NCBI GenBank assembly: GCA_051942205.1
Contig: JAVECO010000138.1
Location: forward strand, 1 to 63,421
Reading direction: 5' to 3'
Source: Coniocarpon cinnabarinum
Taxonomy: Eukaryota
DNA length: 63,421 bases
Part shown: positions 24,241 to 36,761 of the stretch, one piece after another
Numbering within the stretch: the stretch's first letter is position 1
How the letters are laid out: the number at the start of each line of letters is the position of its first letter
Made by a program: the position numbers and the translations under genes
Notes under the pieces: generated by a model
Told to the model about the DNA's origin: nothing
What the model saw: only the letters and a program-made list of their open reading frames with translations
The model's database searches: none

Positions 24241-26112
24241 TCACCGCCTGAAGAAGCGCAGCTCCAATGGTCTCAGTATGAAATACGCGACTGCCGCGAA
24301 CGCAAAGCCCAATTCAAAGCCAATGTCGCCTCCGTATTCAGGGTCGCCGATTTTCTTCGCGATTGGTCCTATGAACCAAACCTGCGACATTCCCATCACC
24401 ACGCCCACCACTCCGACAATGAATGCGGCCACGGCTGCGATTCCGGGTGGCAGTTCATCTGGGTGGTCATACAGTTCAGGGTGATATCCACGCATCCCAC
24501 GTCGAAATGCAAAGTGTTCAGAGAGGGCGATGCCCTCATAGATAGCGAGCCAATAACCGATGAAATTCATCTGTACCCTTTGTGAGTGCGGTGCCAATTT
24601 TCTCCGTACAGGAGGTATGAACGACTCACAAAGTTCTCCAGGACCTCCTCAAAATGAGAATATCCAGGGATGGCAATCGCAATATACACTGCAGTTGCAA
24701 CCGTCGTCCATATAAATCTTGGTATCGCCTGCATCCATCTGCCAAAAACTTGAGCAGTCAGACCGACCGTGTATAAATTTGGACAGTTGTTGGCAACAAT
24801 TGATAGTCCAAGTAGCACGAGGCAGAAATCCCCTAGAATCGTCGATTAGACCGCATCGCCCTGACACATTCTTTTGCGCATGTGACAGCCTACCAAAATG
24901 GCCCAGAGAATGGACAAGCACTGCCGCCAGTAGTCCACCCGACCCCGACTGATCATAGCCTTGTGCGTAGCGCGAGGTGGGGTCATTGGTCGCTGTCATC
25001 ACAGCCACGCCAAGCATTTCAGTGAAAAGCAACGGAAATATGAGTCCCAACCATGTAGCAAAGAATACCTTTCGTCGAGAATTGTGTGGGTTTTGATAGA
25101 CGGTGTAATCCGCAGCGTAGGAAGTCCACCCGGTCGCAAAACCGTACACCACTGCGCCGAACGACAGTACTGAGCCAGCCTCAGATGATCCCACACCCAT
25201 TGGAATGTTGACAAAATCGCCAGAGTGTGCGAACTCTCCGAGCACAATCATAAAGACAATAAATGTCGGTATCCATGACCAGAATTCGTAGATATGCACA
25301 ACTTTGTACCCGAATATAGTGACTAGCCAAGTGCAAGCTGCAATGATGATAATCCCAGCCCAGCCGGGCACGTCGTTGTTCACAGCATTGATTAGCTGCG
25401 CTCCGACTATCGCGTTCACAGAGCTCCACCCAACACACGCGAGTATGTTGAAAAGGGCGACTTGAAAAATTTAGCATCACTACAATTGCGTTGTGCGAGA
25501 ACAACTTACTAATCTTGACGCCATGCCTCAATAGACCACATCTGTCAGCTTCGTGACCAAGTGACTCAGGTAAAGCAGAACTCCCGAACTCACCAGCCAT
25601 ACCAATACCTTGATATAATCATTTGACGCAACCCAAAGATCGGTCCAAAAGTGCTGAAGAAGCACACCGGCAGAATGCCAAGCAGATTGAAGAACAATAC
25701 GACAAGAATGGCATCCACGAAGCCAAGCACAAAGAGAGACTTTCCCAAGACGCCGATGGCAAAGGAAGAAACCACCATGTTCGAAGATAACCACTGACTA
25801 TGCATCAGCATTGCACATCTACGGTGCTCTCGTCAAAACCAGACAACATACCATTGTGCCCACGTTGAGATAGGGGTGTTTGTCGTCTGTGCGCTCATAT
25901 TCGGGGACTCTTTCAATACCACGCTGTTCGATCTTGAAGCGGCCAGCAAGGCGTTGAATCCTCGCAATGACGCCTGTACCGTACTCAAATGCCTCGCCCG
26001 GGACGGCGCCGCTGTCGGAATCCACATACGATGGTCGCTTTTCGTAGGACACATTGCCTACGCCAGCTTCCGCTGGATGCTTCTCAAGGTCCCTTGAATA
26101 GGTATCCATCAT
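24241..26112 (-). CDS. FCY2: Purine-cytosine permease (NCS1/Fcy2 family), 5 introns including a 17-nt microexon at 25510-25526
   Basis: IEQRGIERVP, WLSSNMVVSSFAIGVLG, FGPIFGLRQM, GWTSYAADYTVY, LSIVANNCPNLY, GPIAKKIG..GGDIGFEL. Confidence 0.92.
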
Positions 26113-26296
26113 GGTGGTGATCTGTCAAGTCCAAGAAAGGCTCATACCAAAGGCATGCAGATTTTGCAATAAATGACTGTGCGTCTTGCTCAGGCTACGT
26201 AATGCAGAAGAAAGTCCACAGCGCATGGGGAAAGCGTAGTTCTAACTCTGAAATATTCGCAAGGCAGTCGAGCCACTTGCTCAATCTAGGCTCAGA

Positions 26297-26423
26297 GATA
26301 AGGCATCGTAAGAAAACCCGTTTTATGCAATGCGTCGAGAGAAGGATATCGCGGGAAAAATCGGTGCAACGTAAAGTGTCTAGAACTGGAGAACGGTGAT
26401 GATCTCTCGGTTGTAAAGATAAG
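26297..26423. promoter_or_regulatory. Two GATAAG sites (candidate AreA/NIT2 nitrogen-regulation elements) upstream of FCY2
   Basis: GATAAG at 26297-26302 and 26418-26423, 185-310 bp upstream of the start codon; fits a nucleobase-scavenging permease. Confidence 0.4.
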
Positions 26424-27266
26424 CCTCTGCGCGTTGACAGGACCTTGGCCTTTGCGCTTTTTCATTGGCGCGTTCGCGCACGGCCTGCCTGATTCACCCT
26501 CGTGCTTTAGCTGTCGCGCTGTTGGTCTCGTCAAAGCTTATGCGCTGAGGGCTCTATAACGGCAGTGTGGTCGCAAGCTCTCGGTCGACGCTCACACTTG
26601 CGCATGGTCCTGCAGCGCATTTGCAACGTGCTCGCGTGATGCATCGCTTGACTTCAGTGGACTCAAGAATCAGTTTTAGAGGGAGCCGCCAGTGATTTAG
26701 CGCGCCGCTCAATCCCCAGCGCGCGACGGTGGACCGCCATAGAGATCGAGAGTGGCTGCAAAGTCAAGTGCCGCAACCATGTAGTTCGATATGTAGCGGT
26801 AGCGCTTTGAAATTACTCAAGGTATCCACGCTGTTGATATCGATACAAGCGCACGGCGCGTAAGCACGTAGCGTGGTGAAAGATCCATGAAGGCCAAGTG
26901 GGCAGACCGGATGACTGAGAGAAAGACGAGGTGTCCATGGAGAGGATTATGGCATGACATTTCGATTGAAAGCGCACAGAGCACTGCCATCCAAGCCTCC
27001 AATCAGCTTGGTGGTCCGTGCGGTGTCCTGCGCCACGCCCAAGTGACAACTCTCTGACATTCACCCGCTTTCTACGATCCCTCTGCCCCCTCAGCAACAA
27101 AACAACCTCTGCTCACTGGCTCTGTCGTTTGTATTTGTCTCGTTCATTGGCAGACAGCATCTTGCGCTTCTTGAGATTGACGCCAAACTCCCAGATCCCC
27201 TACTGACTGTCATCTCCTAATCTGCAACCGCCTTGCGCGGCAACCTAATCATCCCTTCGCCCAGTC

Positions 27267-28431
27267 ATGAGCCAACGCTATGAGAGAGTATGAAACGTCC
27301 GAGACCCAAGTGTACCTCGGTTCGATGGCTGACCCCTATGCGCAGCTTAATACACAAGATGTAGACGCCTCTTTCCCAACGACTCCAAACTCGCCGCCGC
27401 CCTCTTTTCGATCTCGCGCCTCCTCCCCACGCCGACCAGAAGCACATCGACTCCTCTCAAACGAAGACCGCGAGCTTGCTGATACTTTCGAGAGCCCATC
27501 GGACGATGAAGACGATGGCGAGTCGCAGCATCAACTTGACGACAGGCAGCGTGTCATGAGTGGAAGACCTGTAGACCGGAGCACTGCCAATACCGAGCCT
27601 GCGACGCCCACAACTCCTGACGGTCGGCCGGCTGTTGAGCGAAGAGTCACACAACTACCCGTGTTCAGCGCTAGTCAACGAGGAACGTACGGTGGCGGCA
27701 ATGCCGTTCATGATGGAGTGTTTGCCAACCTCAGTGCAAAGCCCGAGCGCGGTGATCCTGATGTCGAAGAAAAACCTCCGACATACGAGCAAGCTGCCGC
27801 AGACGCCACTCCTCCATATTGGGAGACTACGATCTTGACCCCCGGTGGCACTGCCAGTGACAATGACGTCTATATTGACGGCCTCCCTGTTGGCACCTTC
27901 TTCTCCTTTGTCTGGAACGCCATGATCAGCATGTCCTTCCAACTTGTCGGCTTTCTCCTGACTTACTTACTACACACCACGCACGCTGCCAAGAATGGAT
28001 CCAAAGCTGGTCTAGGCATTACGTTGATACAGTATGGCTTCAGCATGAAGCGCGACTTCTTGGGCAATCATCCTTCTCCCGATCCTAATAAGCCTGCAAA
28101 CGGCGACCCTGCCAATATACCAGGCGGAGACACATTCGTTCCGCCGCCGCCTGATCCCAACAATCATGACTTCGACCCCAATGCCGCCGTTCCGACAAAT
28201 GGGTTTGTGGCCAACGCCGATGACGTAGGCAATGTTGGTGACGCCGTCAAGGGCATGCGAGCGACCGACTGGTTTGCGTATGCACTGATGATTGTTGGGT
28301 GGTTTATTCTAATAAGAGCCATCAGCCAATACTTTAAAGCCCGAAGGCATGAGCAGTTGGTGTTACAGAGCCCAAGCAGAGGTTTAAATGTGCCTGTGGT
28401 TGCACAAGGGGAGGGTGAGCAAGCGGCATGA
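27267..28431 (+). CDS. BSD2: Metal homeostasis protein Bsd2 (Rsp5/NEDD4 adaptor, DUF2370), 1 intron (27288-27345)
   Basis: Exon 1 MSQRYER; DGVFANLSAKP, PPTYEQAAADATPPYWETT (PY motif), FSFVWNAMISMSFQLVGFLLTYLLHTTHAAKNGS. Confidence 0.9.
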
Positions 28432-28806
28432 GCTGATGCATGCATGGATACGCACGTTCACGGATCTCGTTCAAATTATGAGCGTTCTGCACCCGGCGCA
28501 GCGGTATTGACTAATAGAGTAGAGGCTCAATACTGGGGCTTTTCACGGAAGATTTTTCCCAAGACGAAAACGCGATACTGCACAGCTATAGCATTACGAA
28601 TACACAGATACATTTCTCCCGTTGGCTGAAATGCTTGCTTTGTAAATGAAATAAATCCACATCCAACGAAGAGTCTCGAGACATTTCAAGGCGTTTGAAG
28701 ATTTCCGAAGGCCGCACAAGGTGATTGTCCTATGAACAAGTATGCGAGCAACGTACATTTCGTTGCTCCACTATAGCAATACTTAATTGATAGGACGTGC
28801 GATGCT

Positions 28807-30367
28807 CTAAACCAATTCATGGCCGGTCGGCTGTCCAAGATACGATTCTAATCTCTGACTCATGTTGTCTTGTAGATTCTCTGACTGGATCATAATATCC
28901 CTGCGGACATAGATTTGGCCAGGCAAAGCAGGCAAGAAGATGTCCGAATGCCGATCTATCTTTGTTTGCATCCAGCTAATGATGAATTCGGGGGATGATG
29001 GCAAGGTGAGCAGCTGCAGACTACAGCTGTCGTTACCATTGCGGGCATCTAAGCTGCGGTGCTGATCTTGCCGCGTCTGTGCTCGCCAGCGCTCTGCACA
29101 CCCGATCCAGCATGCTTTGTGGTGAAAAGCACGGTGTAATTTAGGCTTCGGATGGTGACGGATATAGTAGGAAAGGGCGGGCAGCTGCGAGGCGATGAAT
29201 GCGAGACCCGCCTCAAGGGTGGCCCAGTAGAAACAAGTCGTCATAATCACTGGAAAACCAACGTCACCTCGAAAACGCTGATCTGCTGAGGGTGAGAGGA
29301 CTCACTGGTCACATCGGCGCTTCCGTGATGTATGTTCGCAATGACTGGGATGTACACTGCAAGTCTAGCGCCTGACGCAGCAATCGTCCTGTAAACAACA
29401 AATCAACATGTCTATCCCGGGATAGTTAGAAAGTCGGCGACGGCCGTACATCAAGCCAATCAGGAAGATGGCAGTAATCAAGGTCCGGTATAGAGTCCTC
29501 GTATGAATCCGCCAGATCTGTCCTTGTTAGCAATTCGTTCCTGTGAACGCAGTCAGGAAAGTCTTGGTCTTACTATCGGAAAGGGCAACGAGACGCAGAG
29601 GATATCCAGAAGCAGATCAGTTGCGGCCATCATGGCCTAAAGCACGCGATGGCTAGGTCCGGCAACGAAACAGCTGTTAGCCTAAATGGGCGATGAGCTC
29701 AGACACGAGCGTAGGTATATGGAGTGCGTGACGAAGAATGATATCGTCCATGCGACAACGACAGCAGCGAGCCATTGTGTCACACGATCGAATATAGTTC
29801 CCCTGTGGGCAACGAAGAGGCGTCTACAAAACCAGATGAGACTCAGCTTGGTGAATCCATATGTGGGTAGCATGAAGGCTAAGAACGTGTATTACAGCTA
29901 TGCAGTAGCGTTCGACGCTTTTATCCACGGTAACAAGAGTATCGAATCGTACGCGATTGAATTCCGTCACTACTCGGAGAACTGATTTGTTGTCTTCAGC
30001 TTTGAATTTCGTTGCTATGGGCTGACCAAAAACGCCGTGATAGGCGCCTATATTACGGTCAGCAGAATGAACGTCATCGAATTGTAGGCAATTCACCATA
30101 TAAAAAGCTAGCACACATGCCCAAAAGACAAAGCTTCCTCGCCCCGTATCAGCAGACGGGCCCCGAAAACGAAAACTTTATATCCTCAATACATACCAAG
30201 GCAAGCACTGCAAAGGTATCATCGAGCCCAAGACGTTGACGCTGCAAGCGGCGCACGTTGACTCTGAGCCCCACGATCATCGTACCTATGATGATGAAGA
30301 CGATTTCGGTTGTCTTAACATCTTGCGCGTCGGCAAAGGCCAATGCCAGCTGAGGATACCGTGACAT
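28807..30367 (-). pseudogene. Pth11-like (rhodopsin-domain, no CFEM) integral membrane protein gene, 6 introns, three in-frame premature stops
   Basis: Exons give GLRVNVRR..RLGLDD, YGFTKLSLIWFCRRLF, ATDLLLDILCVSLPFPI/IWRI, IAASGARL, WATLEAGLAFIASQLPAL. Stops: TAA 29892-29894, TAG 29682-29684, TAG 29637-29639. Confidence 0.75.
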
Positions 30368-31615
30368 TACAGACCAAGAGCAGCGAAGAAAACCGGCCAA
30401 GGTAGTTTTGTCCTACTTCGCCATGCTATCGTCCTCGTATGAGCGCTCAGTTGCGGCAGCATGAGGATTTTTAACGTCTTGGATGACTACCGAGCTCATT
30501 TCTACGCCTGATCTATTAATTGTCATCAAGCCCAGAAGAGATGCATGAGCGGCACATATGTTCCAGTTGTCTCTTTCTTGCATGGACACCTGAGGCCGGT
30601 TGTAACTTATCAGCAAAGTAGAGCTGATCAATGCATAGATAATCGTCCAGTACGTTCCACTTGCAAGTCGCTTAAATGGATGCCATAGAGCTGATCGCTC
30701 CAGATCTACATAGCACATGCAGTAACAGCACAGCAGACGGAAATTAGCTCATACGGACGAATGGTGTAAGTGCTGGACAATGACGTTGCAGCTTGGATAA
30801 GCTCCAGAGTGTCTGTAGCAGGTAGCGTGAAGCAGTGGGACATGCAGCTACCGGGGTACGTGCCACCACAAATAGTCATCGTCAGCAAAGCTACTTGGCA
30901 AAGCTGTCCACGGGCTTTGCTCAACGTCGTGGTATGTTAGTACTTGGGTAGATTTTGCTGTAATCGACTGATTGTCTTATCAAGCATAAACGTCACGCGG
31001 TGTTGATCTTCCAGTACCCTTCAAAACGTATCGGCCGCAACCGGTCCACAGGCATCGCAACCAGTAAACGATATGCAGGCGAACTCAGCATGCATGTTCG
31101 CAACGTGCGGCAAAGTTCTTGTGCCTTAGCAGGTTTGAGAGAGAGGCCGAATGTAGCTCGTCATTGGAGAAGTGCTAAATCGTTTCCATTTAGTGTGCCC
31201 TGCTCACGATACACGGTCTTGCGACTTTTTCAGCGCTGATCTATATTCGCATGAAAGCAGTAGAGTCTCACTCAGTACATGAAGGAGCAATTTCGACATG
31301 CACGTGGACTTGACTTTGCAAATATCGTAAAAGACTACGAGATCGTGAGCATATTATGGGTGTCAGTAGACATGAGGGTCAACAGATACAAGAGTGACGT
31401 TAGTCACTACTCCAGGCAAGCGCCACGTACCCAATGATAGTCTGAACAGCAGCCATCTGCGCCGCTTGTCGAAACATGTATACTCCACATATCCAATGCA
31501 TCGTTTCAAACCCAAATGATATGATACCCAATAGAATGCCAGCCAACGCCTTGCTCAAACAACAATAGCAATATACAGTTTGTTGCAACCAACAGTATCG
31601 AGAGCATGTCAAGGG

Positions 31616-33966
31616 TTATGATGAGCGTCCAAAGACGAAGCGTGCAAGGTCCAATGTCGGCCGCTTCTCATCCCTCACAACAGGCGAGCTATCAGCAACA
31701 CAAACATCATCTTGCACAGACCCGCTCTCGGGAGTCGATGATCCAGGACCAGTAGCAGAAGCAAGCAAATCTTCACTACCTTTAGGAACCAGTGTCTCAA
31801 GCTGTGAAGCGTACCCTGAATCATCGGGTAGCCATGCTGGAGGATCAAATTTGAGGGAGGCGACCGTGCTTGGATCGTCGACTGCGGCTTGTATTTGTGC
31901 CGGCGGCGAGTCCCAAATCACGTCCGCGCACAAGTTGGGCGCGGGGTCCGAAGCAGGCTTGACCGGTGTAAACAATGACGCCTCAAGTTCTGACGGCTCG
32001 ATGCAGGTGGAATGCAACTCTGCTGAAACAGCAGAGCCACGTCGTCTCGTCATTTCCTGCACACACGGAACGGATACCCCCTTGTGTTCGCTCAAAGCAA
32101 AAGCTTGTGATGAATTTATCTCTCTCAATGATCTCGTTTGACTGTGCAAAGCAGCTGTAAACGGGGACACCTCGTCACAGTCGCTAAGCTTGTTCGCACG
32201 GGCTGGTCTAGCATCCTCAGAATCGATCTTCAACACATTCTCCTGTCTGACCAATGGATAATGGTTGTTTTTATCGTTACAGCTGTCGCCTTTGTTCAAA
32301 CTTTGCTGCACTTTCGACAGATTTTTGAGCTCGAGAGTTTTGTCCGTGGCCCAACTTGGCGAGTCATCTGAAAAGATATTGAATCCACGGGTTTTAGGGT
32401 TTTGTTGAGACTTTCGAGAGCCTGATGGATCCTTCTGAGAAGGGAAAACACTCCCAAAGAATTTGCTCTTCTCTGTCTGCACAGCTTGCTTGTCCGGAGA
32501 ATCATTACACAGCCTCCGTCGCTTAGTTGGATGTGGTGCAGAGACTGGAGTTATGGGTACTGAGTATGCTCGCTGCGCTGGGGCAATTTGCTCCTCAGAG
32601 GCAGATTGGCCGCGCCAAGACTGGCTGTTCGATTCAGAATTGAGAAGTGCTTGCTGGCTATCCGATGGCTTGAACGCGTTCGGGTCAAGCGCCGCTAAAG
32701 GAACCCGTTTAGGCTTGAAGAAAGAGTCAATTGCCTTATTGGTGGGTTTCTGCAGATCGCTGCTTGCAGATGGAACTGAGACTCTGGGGCGACGCGACGG
32801 GTGCTTCTGAAGATGCTTTTGGACCGATCCCCATTGCTCACTCGTCAGAAATATTCTTTCTTTTGTCATCGGGTTCAGCTCTCCTTCAGCAACCTGGCGA
32901 GCGACGTCTACCTCCACATGTGTGCCAATGTATGGCAGATCATCGGCAGCAATGTGCTCAGGAAGCTCATTGAAATGCACCAACCGCTTGGCGTTGGGAC
33001 AAAACACCCACTGGTACAGAAAGGTCCTCTCGGCCTGCAAAAAGTCCGCGTGGTAATTTGGCGGTACTCTCAGCTTATTCTCCAGCATCATGCCTCGCAA
33101 GATTCGATCAATAGTCTTATATTTACGTACGAGACGATGAGCGGTTTTGAGGCCCATTTTGTTGATACCGTCAAGGTAGTCGCATCCGCTTAGAATGGCC
33201 ATCGATCGAAACTCCGCGTTAGTCCAGCCAGTCAGATTGATCTCCCTGCAACGTGTGAAATGCTCCTTATTTACCATGATGCACTCGCCGTATTGATCCA
33301 ACTTGGTGAGTAGGCATTTGGCACCGAAGACCAGAAGATCTGAGTCTTCAGATATTATACCGTCCACAATGCCGTTTTGCTCTAGGTATACCATCTGCGA
33401 ATCGGCCTCATACGGTGCGACAACGTAGCTTACATTTGCATTTTTGAGTGTCTCAATGAACATGCGCGCGATTTCTGGAGTTATGTCCACTGCTTTTTGA
33501 AGTTCTTGAAATGCTAGCGGGATCTTGCCGACACGAAGATATTCCATACCATTCGACCTTGCATCTTTGCGACGATCGCGTCGACTCCGCTCCGTGGCGG
33601 CTTTGCTTGGCAGGCGATCGCCATCGAAGACCAGATACGGCGTCACTCCAAAGTGCAGAAGCATGCGGACTCGGTGCATAGCAAAATCCAGGACCCTCCC
33701 AAGTGTGTCAGTAGATCTCACTTCGTCTAAGCGTTGTGTCTTGGAACTGACTTGGTAGTTGGCTTGTCCGTGGCAAGCTCAATGGCGCAAGCCACGGCTC
33801 CCCGATGAAGCCAGCCATAGGCGTCGACAGCTAATGTCTTGCCAGCAAAGTCTCGAAGATGGCAAGGCTTTTGAATGGACTTCAGCAGTGTCAGGAGACC
33901 TGCCATTGTTTCGTCAGTATAGTCTGAATTGATCACGCAAGCGCTGCAGGTACCATTGACGCCCAT
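31616..33966 (-). CDS. EXO1: Exonuclease 1 (XPG/Rad2 family), 2 introns
   Basis: MGVNGLLTLLKSIQKP, VDAYGWLHRGA, LVFDG, VAPYEADSQM, ISEDSDLLVFG, ILSGCDY. Confidence 0.95.
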
Positions 33967-34146
33967 ATCCAAAGATGGCGCAGAGACCGGTCTGCCACTG
34001 CTATCGCCCAACAGGAGCGAGAGAGCAAGGCATATTCAGCTAGTGCGAGCTGGTCATAGTCAGCCTATGCCGGCTGTGATACAGAAACAAAAGCGCAGGA
34101 AGTGTGCTTACGATGCGCAGGTGGTCGTGGTGGTCGAATCTGGAAG

Positions 34147-34172
34147 ACGCGACTGAGTCCTGACAGACGCGT
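34147..34172. promoter_or_regulatory. MCB-like elements (ACGCGA, ACGCGT) in the EXO1/TMA16 divergent promoter
   Basis: ACGCGA 34147-34152 and ACGCGT 34167-34172, about 190 bp upstream of EXO1; MBF control of DNA repair genes is established in yeasts. Confidence 0.5.
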
Positions 34173-34285
34173 CAGTCAAAGTGTTTGTGGCACCTATTGA
34201 CAGAACTCTGTCAATCCGGCTTCTCAGCGTTGATCGTGTCAGTGATATTTTTGAATCAAATCTGCCAACGCTGTGATTTGCTGCA

Positions 34286-34930
34286 ATGCCTGTCAAAAGT
34301 CTGAACAAAGTACAAAAACACTTGACCAAGAAGAAAGGGAAAGGTGCAGCCTTGCACGAATCCAGCCGAGATGCGAAAAGATTGCGTCAGGCAAGTCGAC
34401 GTCAGGACAAATTACAGGCTCTATCGTCGCAAACAAGTCACGCTCATCGGCCATACCGTACGATGCATTCCTGACCGTCGCCCCGGTATAAGCTGAGGCG
34501 TCTTTCTAGTGGATCGCATGATATTCTTCCAAGGACTGATAGAGGCAAGGGAAGCTGTTGTCTCTGACGAGGAGTTGCAGAAGCTTGTGGAAGAGTAGTT
34601 GATCTCATAGTACCGTCTGTCAACTCAGCACTAACAGAATCTTTCAGTCTGCTGTCTCGAAATGACGGGGAAATAAAACATCTAGAGTCTGTACGCAGAC
34701 CTGGCAGACCGCCAGGGCCGAAGGAAGTCAACCTGAAGCAACGGCGAGCCCTCGAACAAACAGAGTATGCAGCGGGATTATGGACGCCTGACTTGCGTGA
34801 CTCGAAAACTTGCGAGTTGCTTCAACAGTGGAAAGGGGAGTGGTCAAGTTTGGTCCACCTCAACTACTGTCGCGTAATGGAAAATGGATCCATCCAGCCT
34901 TCCGCCTTTCCGCCAAAGCGCGGCCACTGA
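34286..34930 (+). CDS. TMA16: Translation machinery-associated protein 16, 2 introns
   Basis: SLNKVQKHL..LHESSRDAKRLRQAS.RQDKL, LDRMIFFQ, RRPGRP, EY..GLWTPDL, WKGEWSSL, SAFPPK; stop TGA at 34928-34930. Confidence 0.88.
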
Positions 34931-35392
34931 GATTTATTGGATGGCAATGCGCACGAAGGGCATATAGGCTCATCCGAGCAGATATGCGACTGCGAGTATC
35001 TAGTACCTGGGACTGCTGAACATGTGAACGTGAACTGTGCATCGTGTCGAATAACACTTGGGAGAATCCAGCAAGCTGTTGATCTGGTGGCTTGAAGAGG
35101 CGAAGGCAAGAGACAGCTTCGAGACGTCTGCTTCCAGCGTCAATTCACGCAGCCCATCTCAACAAGTTAGGTCTACCTACTTCCCATTTGCGACGCATCA
35201 AGGGCATTGGGGCCTGAAGGAGAAGGTGTACTGAAGGTTGAATGGAAAGGAAGTGTGACAGGATGTTCTGCCTCAGAATGTGCAAATTCATCTGCATTAA
35301 ATGCTAGCAGCTGTAAAACAGTATCCGAATGAAGAGGAGATGGCTGGGTATAAGATGGGCGTATAGTACAAATGTGCTATTCCAGCGAAAAC

Positions 35393-36476
35393 TTAGTCGA
35401 CAAATTTTTTCACATCTGGAGAACGTTAGCCGTGTATCATCAGCGCATGTAGAGCGCAACACTCACTTTGAAGCCAGTTCAGATACTCCTTCTGCTCTTT
35501 GTAGTCGATGTACTCAGGTACAAAGAGTGCCATGGTGGTGTTAATGCCTCTCTCATCCAGGTATTTCTCAAAGAGCACTTGCAGGTCTTCATCCAGATTG
35601 CTGAACGGTGGACCGGTATACAAACGCGCGGCCTGAGCCTCTTGCTCTGCGTTCTTGGGATCAAGATGCTTGGCGTCTGAGTAGTAGTAGACACTATCGA
35701 CAGCAATCAACCCGTCCTGTGCCACAGTCTCCAATTGCAAGGCGCCCTTGCCGGGTCGCTCAACGACCACAGAGATATGTGCAGGGAAAGTCGGATCATT
35801 CTTCTGCTCGTCAGCCTCCCCCTCTTCGCCGTCACGGTCGGCCGGCGCGACGCTGTCTTCTGGTGCAACGCGGAAATTGCCACCAGCAGTACGGCCCTGG
35901 TTGACGGCACCCTTGGTGTTCGCACCCCCTGATTGGGTATCGGACGGTACGTCTGCTAGATCTTCGAGCGCCTCAGGCATGCCAGCCTCATTCAATTGAT
36001 CTGGCTCCTCTTCAGTGTTGTTCAAATCGTCCACAGAAAACGTGACTTTAATCCTGTTATGCAGTCAGTACCGCACATGCTTGGTGAGCGCAGTCAGCAT
36101 CTTGTTCAGCTTACTTTTCGTCCCCAAAAGACCGTGTCATTACCACCTCCTCTTGTCCCGGAGTGTCTTGTATCGTGAACGCGGAGTTATCCATGTATTC
36201 CTTGATGTGATTTGGAGGAAGATCCGTATCGCGCATCTCCTTCTCCATGGAGAGCTCTGATTCCAGCTTTGCTGACAATTCAGCGTTCACCTGGCCATCT
36301 GACTCTAACCTCCTGCATGATGTAGAAAAGGACGCCTGGTGATTCCACAGTGCAGGCCTAATGTACCGATTTATTGAAGGAAATCCGCGAAAACTTCGCG
36401 GTTGTGAGTGAAGACTGGACTGAACGACGCGAGTTGCCTTCGGCAGAGACTGCCGCAGAAATCGACTGGACAGCAT
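35393..36476 (-). CDS. MAM33: Mitochondrial acidic matrix protein Mam33 (p32/C1QBP), 2 introns
   Basis: Basic presequence, ELSAKLESEL, DTPGQEEVVMTRSFGDEK, YTGPPFSNLDEDLQ..YLDERGI..EYIDYKEQKEY. Confidence 0.92.
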
Positions 36477-36761
36477 TTTCAGTGCAAATGTAAATGTCAA
36501 TACTGGCAGATGGCAAAGACTGCAAGCTGATGAAAGTCGCTAGCTTCGTCTGACAATCATCTTCACGATTGGCTAGTGCTTGGTGAAAACATCGTAGCAC
36601 CAGCTCTAGCGCAATACGACTCCTGTGCACCAAAGGTACTTAGCACGCACCCCGATTCTTATATTGCTCGTGCTTGATCTTTCAGGTATGATAATACACG
36701 AGTCTGATAACCGAATCAAATTGTCGTATCAGCCCCGCCCAGCAATCACCTAGCTTTGTAG

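Noticed and set aside
29637..29894. Genome-wide TAR stop-codon reassignment as an explanation for the in-frame stops
   Set aside because: TAA and TAG terminate conserved genes normally in this window (H2A, H2B, CTP1, MAM33, EXO1), and long genes contain no internal TAR.
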